From NCBI GenBank assembly GCA_963774265.1, contig CAVZDU010000001.1, positions 576,001 to 640,000 of the forward strand: a stretch of 64,000 nucleotides of DNA. The letters run 5' to 3'. The notes beneath the pieces were generated by a model. That model ran no database searches. It saw nothing but the letters and a program-made list of their open reading frames with translations, and had not been told where the DNA came from. Below, in pieces: positions 10,188 through 21,117 of the stretch. Origin of the DNA: an uncultured Chloroflexia bacterium. Its GTDB lineage: Bacteria > Chloroflexota > Anaerolineae > CG2-30-64-16. A program made the position numbers and the translations under genes. Within the stretch, counting starts at the first letter, position 1. The number at the start of each line of letters is the position of its first letter.

Positions 10188-10784
10188 ATGACCGTCACAC
10201 TGTCCAGATCATTCTACGCTCGAGACAGCGTGGCGGTTGCGCGGGCATTGCTGGGCCAGCGCCTGGTGCGCGTGCTCAATGGCGTGCGCCTTGCCGGCCG
10301 AATTATCGAGACCGAGGCGTACGCCGGGCCCGATGACTCTGCCTCCCACGCCTATCGGCGCACCCCGCGCAGCGACATCATGTACGGCCTGCCGGGGCGT
10401 GCTTACGTCTATTTCATCTACGGAACCCACCACTGTCTCAACGCCGTGACCGATGCGGACGGCGTCCCCGGTGCGGTCCTGATCCGCGCATTGCTTCCCC
10501 AAGAGGGCGTTGACCTGATGTGGCAAAATCGCGGCCTGCCCCCGCAGCCGGTCGTGCAGACGGTTCGCGGCATTGCCGATGGCCCCGGCAAGCTATGCCA
10601 GGCCTTGGGCATCTCAATCTCGGAAAATGGCCTTGATCTGACAGAGAACGCCCGGCTTTTCATTGAGGACGATGTAACAGCACCGGTGGATCAAATCGAG
10701 GCGACGCCGCGTATCGGCGTCCGCGGGGACGAGGAAACCCGCGCGCGGCCCTGGCGTTTCGTTTGGTCACCGCCGCCGCGGTAG
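10188..10784 (+). CDS. mpg: DNA-3-methyladenine glycosylase (MPG/AAG family)
   Basis: GRIIETEAY, AYVYFIYGTHHCLN, AVLIRA, GPGKLCQALGI, TPRIGV, PWRF. Confidence 0.93.
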   Translation: MTVTLSRSFYARDSVAVARALLGQRLVRVLNGVRLAGRIIETEAYAGPDDSASHAYRRTPRSDIMYGLPGRAYVYFIYGTHHCLNAVTDADGVPGAVLIRALLPQEGVDLMWQNRGLPPQPVVQTVRGIADGPGKLCQALGISISENGLDLTENARLFIEDDVTAPVDQIEATPRIGVRGDEETRARPWRFVWSPPPR

Positions 10785-12327
10785 CAGCCGCCGCAACGTC
10801 GCCATTTCAGGCGTCCGGAGCGCAAGGGCAACCCCCAGAAACACCGGTGCGCCCACCAGAAGCCCCCCAATCCCGACGAGAGTCTTTGATCCGCCTGCCC
10901 ATTGACTGGACGCCCAGATCAGCACCGCTGCCATGACGGCAGACGCAGCCGCGGTCTTACCGATCGTGGCCCACAGGCCTTTCCAGTCCAGGCCGCCGAT
11001 CCTGCGCGCCAACAGGGCGAAGAGCAGCACCATCTCCAATGTCGTCGCGATTGTGTTGGCGAGCGCCAGCCCGCCGTGTGCCAGTCGGCCCCGCAGGATC
11101 ATACTTAGCACTACGTTAAGCGCCATTGCGCCGACCCCGATGATCACCGGCGTGCGCGTGTCGTGCAGTGCAGAGAAGGCGCGTGCCTGGATCTCCACGG
11201 CGGAGTGCCCGATCAGGCCCAGGCTGTAAAACGCGAGCGCAAACGTGGTCAAGGCCGTCGATTGAGTTGTGAATTCCCCGCGTTCGAGCAGCAAGCGCAC
11301 CAGGGGCGTGCGCCAGACGAGGAGGCCGACTGCTGCCGGGATAGCCAGGAAGAGCACCCGCGTAAAGTCGTCGTCACCGTCCGCCGCAGTTCCTGCCGCC
11401 GGCCCTGCGCCTCAAGCGACGCAAAAGTGGGAAATGCGGCGGTGGCGACGCCTTGTGCGACGATCCCCTGCGGCAGCAGCATCAGCAACCACGCGTAGTT
11501 CAGCGCGGCCAGGCTTCCGGTGGAGAGCGAGGACGCGAGCAGCGTGTTGACCCAGAAATTAACCTGCACGGCGGCGAGGCCCAGCACACGCGGCCCCATC
11601 AACCGCGCGACTTCGCGCACCTTCGGGTCCTCCAGCCCCAACGTCGGCGTGTAACGGGCGCCGTACCACCACAGGCCGAACAATTGCACATCCAGGTGTA
11701 ACGCTGCGCCGACAACAACACCCAGCACCAGGCCGAACACGCCGAAGGTCGGCGCAAGGAACCAGGCCCCGGCGATGATCGATAGGTTGTATAATATCGG
11801 CGCCAGCGCGGGCAGCAGGAAGTGTTGGAAGCTGTTCAGGACGCCCATGACGATGCCGCTGACGCCGAAGATAACCGTGCTGACCAGCATCCAGCGCACC
11901 AGTTCTGCCGTGAGCGCCTGCTGTGCAGCTGAGAAGCCGGGCGCAAGCACCGTGTGCACCAGCCACGGCGCAGCGAGTGCCAGCAGCACGCGGCCAGCGC
12001 GGTCAGCAGGATAAGCACTAGGTTGACGATCGAACTGAAGAGCCGCCAGCCGTCCTTGAGGTCTTTGCGGGCCAGGCAGCCGGCGAACACGGGGATGAAT
12101 GCTGAGCCGAGCGCGCCGCCCGCAACGAGTTGGAACAGCAGGTCTGGCACGCGGAATGCGGCTTGATACGCGTCCAACTCCGCGCTCGTGCCGAAGCGCG
12201 CGCCGATGATCATCTCGCGTGCCAGCCCCGCGACGCGGCTGATTAAGAACAGGCCCATGACGAGCACCGCGGCGCGGGCGATTTGCCGTGTGGCGCCGGA
12301 TGAGGCAGAGATGGGGCGAGCGGTCAT
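10767..12327 (-). CDS. murJ: Lipid II flippase MurJ/MviN (frame breaks near 12000 and 11355)
   Basis: SRVAGLAREMIIGARFG..DAYQAAFRVPDLLFQLVAGGALGSAFIPVF; RAFSALHDTRTPV; GLALANTI. Spread over three frames. Confidence 0.9.
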
Positions 12328-12400
12328 GGCGGCGATTATAGCATTGCGCGGGTGAACCCGCATACTGTAGGGGCGCCCTGCGCAAAAGAAAGGAACCGAC

Positions 12401-12919
12401 ATGGGTCGTGAAGATCAGGGCGTGGCGGCCAGCCGCCATCGTTACCATGTGGTCCCGCGCACGCTCTGTTTCGTGCGTGACGGCGACGAGGTGCTTCTGT
12501 TGAAGGGCGCGCCGCACAAGCGCATCTGGGCGGGACGCTACAACGGCTTGGGCGGCCACGTCGAGGCTGGTGAGGATTTACTCGGCGCGACCCTTCGTGA
12601 GGTCCGCGAAGAGGCCGGCCTGGAGGTGCATGACGTGCGTCTCGTGGCAGTGGTTCACGCAGACGGCGGCGACGCCCAGCTCGGCATCCTCTTCTTCGTC
12701 TTTACTGCTTGGGCAGACACCAAAGATGTCATCGAATCGTCGGAGGGGTCGTTGCACTGGGTTCCACTTCTAGCCCTCCCCGTCGAGGACATGGCGTCCG
12801 ACCTGCCCGTCATCCTGCCCCGCGTGATGGCGCTCCCGCCGGCTGCACCCCCACTCTTTCTTGCGTACCGTTACGATGAAAAGGACCAGCTCGTGATCCG
12901 TTTCGCTGAACCCGTCTGA
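12401..12919 (+). CDS. NUDIX hydrolase
   Basis: Nudix box GGHVEAGEDLLGATLREVREEAGL. Confidence 0.9.
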   Translation: MGREDQGVAASRHRYHVVPRTLCFVRDGDEVLLLKGAPHKRIWAGRYNGLGGHVEAGEDLLGATLREVREEAGLEVHDVRLVAVVHADGGDAQLGILFFVFTAWADTKDVIESSEGSLHWVPLLALPVEDMASDLPVILPRVMALPPAAPPLFLAYRYDEKDQLVIRFAEPV

Positions 12920-13121
12920 CATTGCCTTAAAGTGCTTTACATTCGTTCTGGATTGTGGTATTAGTTTCAATGACGGTCATGCATACTCCGTAGCATCGTC
13001 GACTTTGCCGTCTGCCTCCTGAATGATTTGTCCCGGCTTGCCTGCATATCTAGCGGATTTCATCACTTTGCTACGATAAATTCTATGTCCGTGGTGCCTT
13101 TCAAAGGGGAGGTTTGCAGCG

Positions 13122-16100
13122 ATGTCTGGTCTCCGCTCTCTGCGCCTCGTATTGGTGTTCACCCTGCTCCTTGCGCTCGTGCCCCCTGTTTCAGCCCGAT
13201 CCACCATTCCCATCCCTGACGCAAAACCACTGGCTGCCAATGGTGTCTCGGGACTAGTTTGGCATGATACGGACGCCGATCGACTGCAAGGGGGCAGCGA
13301 GCCAGGCCTGCCCCATGTCAAACTTTGCCTGTACCAGGAGCTTGCCCCTCCTAACGGCCACGTGGACCCCGGCGAGTCGCCGATCGCCTGCGCGTTCTCC
13401 AGTGGGATCGACGGGACGTTCACCATCACCGACGTGACTCCGGCCGATTATGTGCTCGCCGTGGAAACGGCGACCGTGCTATCGCTCTACGAACTGACCA
13501 CCGCGAGCACCGAGTTCGGCACGCTGAGCATCGAAGCGGAGATGCTGACCGGCTTCGATGTGGGCTACCGCACCAACCTGCCCGCCGATGTGGACAACGA
13601 CTGCACGGTGGACGTGGTGGACATCGAGATTGTGTCGACCGCATTCGGGTCTACCTCATCCCCATACGACCTCAACGGTGATGACATTGTGGACGAGCTC
13701 GATCTCGAGATCGCAGCGCGGTTCTGGGGCAGCCGCCACGCCTGTGACTTTGCGGATGGCGACCTTGACTGGCTCCCCGATGCCTTCGAGGACCCAAACG
13801 CAAATGGAACGGTGGACCCCGGCGAAAGTGATCCGGGTTTCGCCGATACCGATGGGGATGCGCTCGACGATTATCACGAAGTGATGTTCTATGGCACGGA
13901 TCCGTTGGCGAGGGATAGCGACGGCGACGGGCTGGACGACCGTGACGAGGTGCTCAACTACGCCAGTGATCCCGAGAATGCGGACTCTGACGCGGATGGC
14001 ATTTCTGACGGGGTTGAGGTCCACTTCACGGGCACCGACCCCGTGCGCGGAGACACCGATGGCGACGGTCTTCTCGATCCGGTTGAAGACGCTGACTACG
14101 ACGGCGTCCTCGACGCAGGGGAGACCTCGCCCAACAGCGCCGATACGGATGAAGATGGGTTATGGGATGGCAACAATGTGGTCCAAGCCCTTGCGCTGGC
14201 CGCGGCCATGCCGGAGGTGTCCATCCTGCCGATGGCCGACACCATCTTTGGCGAACTGGATGCAGGGACGAATCCCCGCCTGGCTGACACCGACAGTGAC
14301 ACCATCGGCGACGGTGAGGAAGTGCGTCTCGGCACGAACCCGCTGGCTCCGGATACGGATGCGGATGGGTTGAACGACGCTGAGGAGCTGAGCGAGGGGA
14401 TCGACGGCTTCTTCACCGATCCGAAGTCGGCCGACTCGGACGCCGACACAATTGAGGATGGCGCGGAGCGGGATTATGGCTGCAATCCGCTCATCGTGGA
14501 CGGCGATGGCGATAAGCTCGATGACGCCCGCGAGCTGAAGGAAGCGGGAACGCTCTGCAATGACCCGGACAGCGACGACGACGGCTTGCTCGACGGCGCG
14601 GAAGTAGACGTGTACGGAACCGATCCCCTGTCTGGCGACAGCGACGAGGACAAGATGCCCGACCCGTGGGAGGTCGAGCATGCTTTGAATCCGTTGGCCG
14701 ACGACGCCGGCGCCGATCCAGATGAGGATCTCGTGATTAACCTGCGCGAGTACATCGGCGCGGACGGCGACCCGGCCACCACCGCGGATGCCACGGATCC
14801 GAACAACCCAGACACCGACGCCGATCTGCTCTCAGATGGGGACGAGCTGGACAAATACCTTACCAAGGCGTACGACAGCGACAGCGACGGCGACCAGGCG
14901 CGCGACGGCGATGAGGTCCGCTTCGGAACCTACCCGCTAGTTTCCGACAGCGACGGTGACGGCATCCCCGACGGCGTCGAGGCCGCGTGGGCGGTGGACG
15001 TCGACAACGACGGCCTGATCTGCGCGCTAGACTTGGACTGCGACGGTGATGGCATCCCGGACAACCAGGAGGACACGGACCTGGATGGCAAGATCGCAGG
15101 GGACACGAATGAAGACCGCCGCCGGGACGCGGGCGAGACCTGGACGGAGAGCGATCCCGCATCGGTCGATAGTGACAACGACGGCATGTCCGACGACTGG
15201 GAGGTCGCTCATGGCTTCGATCCCAGGAACCCGGCTGACGGCGACAGCGATGCGGATGCCGACGGCCTGACCAACACCCTGGAGTGTTCGCTTGGCAGCA
15301 ACCCTCGCGCGACCGACAGCGACGGCGACTCCCTGCCCGACGGGTTCGAGCACGCCCAGGGCCTGGACCCCACGGATCCTGCCGACGCCGACCAGGACAA
15401 GGATAGCGATGGCCTCTCGAACCGGGTGGAGTACGCGGCCGGCCTGCCCATCGACGACTTCGACGCGGATGACGACGGCCTGCGTGATGGTGAGGAGCTC
15501 GCCTGGTCCGCGGACACGGACGGCGACGGGACGATCGACGCGAAGGATGCCGATGCAGACAACGACGGCATCGTGGACGGCGTCGAGGTGTTCAATTACA
15601 CCACCTCTCCCGTGTTGGCCGACACCGACGGCGATACCCTCTCGGACTACACCGAGCTGTTCACCTGCCATTCTGATCCGCTGCTGGTCGACACCGACGG
15701 CGATACCCTGGCTGACGATGAGGAAGTGCGGCTGGGCGCCGATGACTATCTCACGAACCCGCTCAGCCGCGACACGGACGGCGACACCCTCACGGACGAC
15801 TTCGAGGTGACGACCGACCCGACCCGGGCCGACACCGACAGCGACGGTGCGGACGACGCCCAGGAGATCATCCTGGGCTCGAACCCGCTCAACCCCGACA
15901 CCGACGCGGACGGCTTGGCGGATGGGCAGGAGATCAGACTGGGGACCAGCCCGACCAGCCCGGACACGGACGGCGACGGCGTGCCGGACGGCATCGACCC
16001 CGATCCGCTCTCGGTGGACACTGACCGAGACGGCCTGCGGGACGGTGTGGAGCTGGTGCCCGGCTGGAACGGCGACTGGATGGAGGCCGAGGACGGGGAC

Positions 16101-19100
16101 GCACATCCCAGCGCGGTGACGACCGACCCGGATTTCGGCAATGAGGTGGCGATGCGAGGCGGGGGCGACGAGGTCGTGAACTGGACCAGCATCGAGCTGG
16201 GACCCGGCGCCTATCGTGTCCTGGTGCGTGGCCGCGCCGTGAAGTACCCCCGCGACCTGATGCGGGTTGAGATTCTCGCCGGCAAAACGCCTCTCTTCGA
16301 GCGTGAGTATCCGCTGATGTCGGGCGTATACCGCTGGCATAGTTCTGATCTCATCACCCTGGCTGCGCCCGCAACGTTGCAGGTGGTTGTCCGCGACCTG
16401 GGTGAAGCTGAAGCGAGTGTGATGGTGGATCAACTCATGATCGCGGCCGCGGACGACGAGTTTGCTTTCTTACGCACCCTGGCGCTCGACGACGACACCG
16501 ATGAGGATGGGCTGACCGACGGCGATGAATCGGCCGAGCGCACGCTCTGGTTGGAGGCGGAGGACTACCGCGAATCGGGGCAGGGGCTCGTGGCCGACCT
16601 CGGTGCGTCAAACAGCTTCGCGTTAGCCACGGCCTCTCTCCAGGAGACCATGGTGACCTTCGCGCCCGAATACAAGTTCCTGCCGGGGGAGTACCAGGTC
16701 TTTGCACGCGTCCGGTGGGATCCCCGGGCTGGGCACCAGCCGGACCTGCTCTTCCACGTCGAGACCCCGGGCGGCGCTAGCGACCTGCACCTGCAAGAGA
16801 TCACCGATCAGTACGAGTGGCAGCCGCTTAGCGACGTTTTCGAGATCGGGCAGGATGGCGCGCTCTCGCTGACCGTTCAGGCGAACGGAGCCGAGCCGGG
16901 GGCCGCGTACCTGGACAAGTTGCTGCTCGTGCCGCTACCGTTCACACTGCGCGCCGTTGAAGTTGGCGACCCTGTCTGGTCTGAACCCTTCGAGGGTGTG
17001 CGCCCCTTCCCCGGCGACCCGTGGGGCGGCGGCCCGCCGGCCACCAAGATGCAGTTCATCGTCGGACAGCCGCGGCTCAAGACCGACCCGCTCGATATGG
17101 ACACGGACGGCGACGGCGAGCGCCTGTACCCTGGTGTCATCGCGGACTCCAAAGGTTGGCTGACCGATGCCTTCGAGGTCAAGAGCCTGGGCACCAACCC
17201 CTTCTCAATAGACACGGACGGGGACGCGGACTTGTACCTCTGGGACGGCCATGGATGGACCTTCCAGCCCGACTTCATCCTCGACGACAACGGCGGTTGG
17301 GATGCGAACAACGACTGCATCCCTGACGGCGCGCCAGGCAACCCCGACGGCATGCCCGACTGGACCGACGCGACCGACTGCAATCCGTTGAGCATGGACT
17401 CGGATGACGACAATCTGCTGGATTCTATCGACCCGCTGCCCGCCGACGCCGACATTGATGATGATGGGCTCACGGACGGCGAGGAAGACCTCAGCCTCAA
17501 CGGTCACTTCGACGGGGACCCGGAAACCGATCTCGGCATGAACTACCCCGGCGACCCGAGCTACGATTGCCTTGAGGATGGGCTTCTGCCCGGGTGGGAT
17601 ACCGATGGGGATCTTATCTCCGACGGCACGGAACGCGGCCGGACCGAGCCGCAGGTGGACCCCCTGTACACTGATCTGCACTGTTTCATCGAAGACGCCG
17701 ATCCAAAAACAACCACCGATCCGCGACGCGATGACACGGACGGCGATGTGATCACCGACGGCGCGGAAGACACCGATCGCAACGGCCGGCAAGACGCCGG
17801 AGAGACCGCCAGCCACACACCCGATTCGGACGGCGACGGCCTGTGGGATGCCACGGACGTAGGCGCCCACTGGGGTGAGCTGACCGTCCACTATCTGGGG
17901 TCGGTCGGTCCCACCGACCCGCTTCTCACAGATACCGATGGTGACGGGCTGGGCGATGGCTTTGAGGTCGCGAGCCAGAAGCCCACGGACCCGCGCGACT
18001 CCGACACCGACCGAGACGGCGCGACGGACGGCCAGGAAGTCCTGGGCATGTTCGGCTACAAGACCGATCCCACGATCCAGGATACCGATGGCGACGGCAT
18101 CACAGACCACGAGGAGCTGGTCGCGGGCGCCGACGGCTATCTTACCAACCCGCTGGCCGCCGACACGGACAACGACGGCGTGGCTGACCAAGAGGAAGTG
18201 ACCTCAGGGGACGACGATTTCTCGACCGACCCGACGAAGGCAGATACCGACGGCGAGGGGCTCTCGGACGGCGAGGAGGTGACGGCGGGCGCGGACGGTT
18301 ATCTCACTGACCCGACGCAGGCCGATACGGACGGCGACGGCTTCTCCGACAAGGTTGAAGCCGACTACGGCGCGGATCCCATCGACGCCGCGGACAAGCC
18401 GGCCGAGGTGACGGCTGGCAGCGTCGCGGTGCAGACCGTCGGCGGCACGCAGTGGACCGCCCTCGGTGATGGCAGCTATCAGGCGACGGGCACGCTCATC
18501 CTGGCCGCGGTTGGCTCTGGCGAAACCACCTTAAGTTATGTCAACTCAAGGTGGGGGCCGTATGTCTACATGGCATACCCAGAGCAGCTGACCATTGAGC
18601 CGGCCGCGCTCCCACGGCCCGTGCGCGAGCGTTTGATGAGCGCGGACCAGGTCGACGCCGGCGCGGGCACGGTCACCATCAACGGCACCGTGACCGTGCT
18701 GCCGGGCGGCGTGGGCATCGACGCGACGGGCGCGCTGGTCGTCTCGCTCGGGCCCGGCGGGGACATGACGCTGGCCAGCAACGCATCCTACTCGGTGAAC
18801 CCCAGCACAGGGACTCTCACGGTCACCGGTAGCATGAACAGCCATGTCCAGATCGGAACGTGGAGCTTCGCGAGCTTTGACTCCTTCGACACCGGCGCCC
18901 AGGTCACAATCGACCTGGCTACAGGCGCAGTGGCTGGCAAGGCGGACGTCAAGGTGCTTATGGCGGTCACACCGCCGGTCTACAGCACGTTGACCGCCAG
19001 CTTCGTCTTCAGCCCGACCGGGCTGCTCCACCTGTATGCGCGTGGCGGAAGCGACGTCATCCCGCTCGACATGATTGGCGTGGACAATGACTTCACGATG

Positions 19101-21104
19101 GCCGAGGCGGAGATTTACATAAACGTACCGAATGTATCCTTCCTGGGCCGCGCCAAGCTGATCGATTGGCAGATCGGTGACGAGTTCTTCGAGGGCGGTG
19201 GGCCTTCGCTGGAGATCGGCCTGGATCGGACCCGGGATCGCTTCTGGTTCAGCGCGGACCTGTCCGTCGAGGCGAAGATCCAGGCAGGCGGTCTTTCACT
19301 GACGGTTTCCCCGCCTGCGGGAGGCCACTTCGCCTTTGAAACCGGCATCGTCCGTCCCTATTGGTTGATCCGTGCCGGTCTCGAGCTGCCGCCGGTGAGC
19401 GAGGTGCTGAGCATCAACGAGGTGCTCATCGAGATCGATCCTTCGGGCCACGCCATGCTGACGCCCACCTATCCGGTCGGTGACATCCTGACCGGCCCGA
19501 TCGCCGGACATCTCCGCCTGCTGGGAGACGTGACGGTCCATGTCCCGATACCTCTTCCGGCGGCCGCCGCACAGACGGACGCCGAGGAGCCCAACGAGAC
19601 CGAGGCGGCGCCCGATGGCGCCTCCTCCGAGGGCCCGACGTTGGACATCCACCTGGCCGGCGAAATCCTGTGGCGGTTGGACCTCACCGGCTGCAATCAC
19701 GTCCTGGCCGCCAACTCGACGATCGGGCTAGGTGTATCGGTGGCGGGGGTGGGCCTGATGTATGACTTCGGTGGGAGTAGCATGCATCTGGCCATGGGCG
19801 GCGACCTGCCTTATTGCTCCCCGGAACTGCTGTCCATCTCGATGGTCCAGAACGGGATCGAGCTGGGCAACTTCGGCAGTCCGGCGCTCGACGAGCTGGG
19901 CAGGATCAATCTGCAGCCCCAGGTGGGCGTCGCCGTGGAGTTCAACATCCCTGCAGCAACGATGCAGCTTGCCGGCGAGTATGAAGTCGGGCCGTTTGAG
20001 TTCGGGGCGTCATTCCTCCTGGACGTGCAGAAAAACGAGATGACCGTGTCGGCATCCCTCGACATGGCGGTGCTGGATGCAGGCGTTCTACTGACGGGAT
20101 CGCTGGGGTTCGACGGCGTGCTGGCGTTGGGCGGCAGCGCGACCGTGGGTGTGGCCGGCTTCGATGTTTTCAACAGCAGCTTTGCCTTCACCAACAACCC
20201 GGCCCCGCCGGGGACGCATATGCTCACCGCTTCCGGCAGCCTCACCATCCCCGTCGTCGGCAACGCGATGATGAGCGGGTGGCTGGATGCCGACGGCAGC
20301 TTCAGGCTGACCGGCGGCGGCGGCCTCTCGCCCGGTGGATTTAGCCTTGCGAGCGCCACTTTCACATGGACACAGACCCAGCTGAGCTTCGGCGGCACGC
20401 TGACAGTGCCCGGCGGGATCGGGACGGTCGCCGTCAGCGGTGCGGCCACGCCCACCAGCTTCAATCTGACCGGGAGCGCCACCCTGGGGTTGGGCGGCTT
20501 CAACATGGGCGCGACCGTCACCCTCAACAATTACGGCCTCAACGCGTCCGGCAGTGTGGGGGTGGCGGGCACGACGGTGTCTATGGCTGGCTACATCCAC
20601 ACCGACGGCACCTATCTGCTCACGGCAAGCACCACCGTCGCCTTGCAGGGCTATCAGCTCGCCTCGGCCACGTTCACGCTCGAGAAGACGACGAGCAACT
20701 TCCGCTTCCAGGCGCTCGGCGACCTGACCCTCGGCAGCCGGACGCTCGCGTCGGTCACGGTCAACTTCCAGACTGACGGTGGGTTCAGCGCGGGCATCGC
20801 GATCACCTGGGGTTACACCTTCACCGCGACGCTGTCTGTGAGCAATACCGGCAGCTTCGACTTCACGACCGCCGCACAAAACCTTGGCCTGTCGGCAGCC
20901 GGTTGTTCGCTCAGCGGCAGCTACAGCTTGCATGTGTGGGGCACGGATGCGCTCCACGTTAGCTTCAGCGCCAGTGGTACGGCTAGCGTGAAACTCAGTG
21001 GCGTGACCGTCTTCAGCGGCGGCATTGGGGTGTCAAGTGCGGGGAAGATCACTGTGACTTACAGCACCTGGCTTGGCAATGTATCGGTGACGTTCTCGAT
21101 CTGA
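13122..21104 (+). CDS. Giant secreted protein: SdrD-B-like, dockerin-like, ~50 DxDxDG (TSP3-like) repeats, two CBM-like domains, beta-rich C-terminus
   Basis: Uninterrupted 2660-aa ORF. RBS GGAGG; signal peptide; SGLVWHDTDAD..EPGL; duplicated Ca loops ADVDNDCTVDVVD/YDLNGDDIVDELD; DTDGDGLxDxxE..GTDP repeats (manual count); WMEAED and WLEAED domain starts. Confidence 0.85.
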   Translation: MSGLRSLRLVLVFTLLLALVPPVSARSTIPIPDAKPLAANGVSGLVWHDTDADRLQGGSEPGLPHVKLCLYQELAPPNGHVDPGESPIACAFSSGIDGTFTITDVTPADYVLAVETATVLSLYELTTASTEFGTLSIEAEMLTGFDVGYRTNLPADVDNDCTVDVVDIEIVSTAFGSTSSPYDLNGDDIVDELDLEIAARFWGSRHACDFADGDLDWLPDAFEDPNANGTVDPGESDPGFADTDGDALDDYHEVMFYGTDPLARDSDGDGLDDRDEVLNYASDPENADSDADGISDGVEVHFTGTDPVRGDTDGDGLLDPVEDADYDGVLDAGETSPNSADTDEDGLWDGNNVVQALALAAAMPEVSILPMADTIFGELDAGTNPRLADTDSDTIGDGEEVRLGTNPLAPDTDADGLNDAEELSEGIDGFFTDPKSADSDADTIEDGAERDYGCNPLIVDGDGDKLDDARELKEAGTLCNDPDSDDDGLLDGAEVDVYGTDPLSGDSDEDKMPDPWEVEHALNPLADDAGADPDEDLVINLREYIGADGDPATTADATDPNNPDTDADLLSDGDELDKYLTKAYDSDSDGDQARDGDEVRFGTYPLVSDSDGDGIPDGVEAAWAVDVDNDGLICALDLDCDGDGIPDNQEDTDLDGKIAGDTNEDRRRDAGETWTESDPASVDSDNDGMSDDWEVAHGFDPRNPADGDSDADADGLTNTLECSLGSNPRATDSDGDSLPDGFEHAQGLDPTDPADADQDKDSDGLSNRVEYAAGLPIDDFDADDDGLRDGEELAWSADTDGDGTIDAKDADADNDGIVDGVEVFNYTTSPVLADTDGDTLSDYTELFTCHSDPLLVDTDGDTLADDEEVRLGADDYLTNPLSRDTDGDTLTDDFEVTTDPTRADTDSDGADDAQEIILGSNPLNPDTDADGLADGQEIRLGTSPTSPDTDGDGVPDGIDPDPLSVDTDRDGLRDGVELVPGWNGDWMEAEDGDAHPSAVTTDPDFGNEVAMRGGGDEVVNWTSIELGPGAYRVLVRGRAVKYPRDLMRVEILAGKTPLFEREYPLMSGVYRWHSSDLITLAAPATLQVVVRDLGEAEASVMVDQLMIAAADDEFAFLRTLALDDDTDEDGLTDGDESAERTLWLEAEDYRESGQGLVADLGASNSFALATASLQETMVTFAPEYKFLPGEYQVFARVRWDPRAGHQPDLLFHVETPGGASDLHLQEITDQYEWQPLSDVFEIGQDGALSLTVQANGAEPGAAYLDKLLLVPLPFTLRAVEVGDPVWSEPFEGVRPFPGDPWGGGPPATKMQFIVGQPRLKTDPLDMDTDGDGERLYPGVIADSKGWLTDAFEVKSLGTNPFSIDTDGDADLYLWDGHGWTFQPDFILDDNGGWDANNDCIPDGAPGNPDGMPDWTDATDCNPLSMDSDDDNLLDSIDPLPADADIDDDGLTDGEEDLSLNGHFDGDPETDLGMNYPGDPSYDCLEDGLLPGWDTDGDLISDGTERGRTEPQVDPLYTDLHCFIEDADPKTTTDPRRDDTDGDVITDGAEDTDRNGRQDAGETASHTPDSDGDGLWDATDVGAHWGELTVHYLGSVGPTDPLLTDTDGDGLGDGFEVASQKPTDPRDSDTDRDGATDGQEVLGMFGYKTDPTIQDTDGDGITDHEELVAGADGYLTNPLAADTDNDGVADQEEVTSGDDDFSTDPTKADTDGEGLSDGEEVTAGADGYLTDPTQADTDGDGFSDKVEADYGADPIDAADKPAEVTAGSVAVQTVGGTQWTALGDGSYQATGTLILAAVGSGETTLSYVNSRWGPYVYMAYPEQLTIEPAALPRPVRERLMSADQVDAGAGTVTINGTVTVLPGGVGIDATGALVVSLGPGGDMTLASNASYSVNPSTGTLTVTGSMNSHVQIGTWSFASFDSFDTGAQVTIDLATGAVAGKADVKVLMAVTPPVYSTLTASFVFSPTGLLHLYARGGSDVIPLDMIGVDNDFTMAEAEIYINVPNVSFLGRAKLIDWQIGDEFFEGGGPSLEIGLDRTRDRFWFSADLSVEAKIQAGGLSLTVSPPAGGHFAFETGIVRPYWLIRAGLELPPVSEVLSINEVLIEIDPSGHAMLTPTYPVGDILTGPIAGHLRLLGDVTVHVPIPLPAAAAQTDAEEPNETEAAPDGASSEGPTLDIHLAGEILWRLDLTGCNHVLAANSTIGLGVSVAGVGLMYDFGGSSMHLAMGGDLPYCSPELLSISMVQNGIELGNFGSPALDELGRINLQPQVGVAVEFNIPAATMQLAGEYEVGPFEFGASFLLDVQKNEMTVSASLDMAVLDAGVLLTGSLGFDGVLALGGSATVGVAGFDVFNSSFAFTNNPAPPGTHMLTASGSLTIPVVGNAMMSGWLDADGSFRLTGGGGLSPGGFSLASATFTWTQTQLSFGGTLTVPGGIGTVAVSGAATPTSFNLTGSATLGLGGFNMGATVTLNNYGLNASGSVGVAGTTVSMAGYIHTDGTYLLTASTTVALQGYQLASATFTLEKTTSNFRFQALGDLTLGSRTLASVTVNFQTDGGFSAGIAITWGYTFTATLSVSNTGSFDFTTAAQNLGLSAAGCSLSGSYSLHVWGTDALHVSFSASGTASVKLSGVTVFSGGIGVSSAGKITVTYSTWLGNVSVTFSI

Positions 21105-21117
21105 TCAGGAGGGCGCG

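Noticed and set aside
14096-20957. Long antisense ORFs opposite the giant gene (e.g. 15027-16433, 17205-18191)
   Set aside because: Shadow frames caused by high GC and repetitive GAC/GGC codons; no RBS or recognisable motifs.
13122-21104. Giant protein as an RTX, RHS or autotransporter toxin
   Set aside because: No GGxGxDxL nonapeptides, YD repeats or PxxxxDPxG core end; no adjacent T1SS or immunity gene; it has a Sec-type signal peptide.
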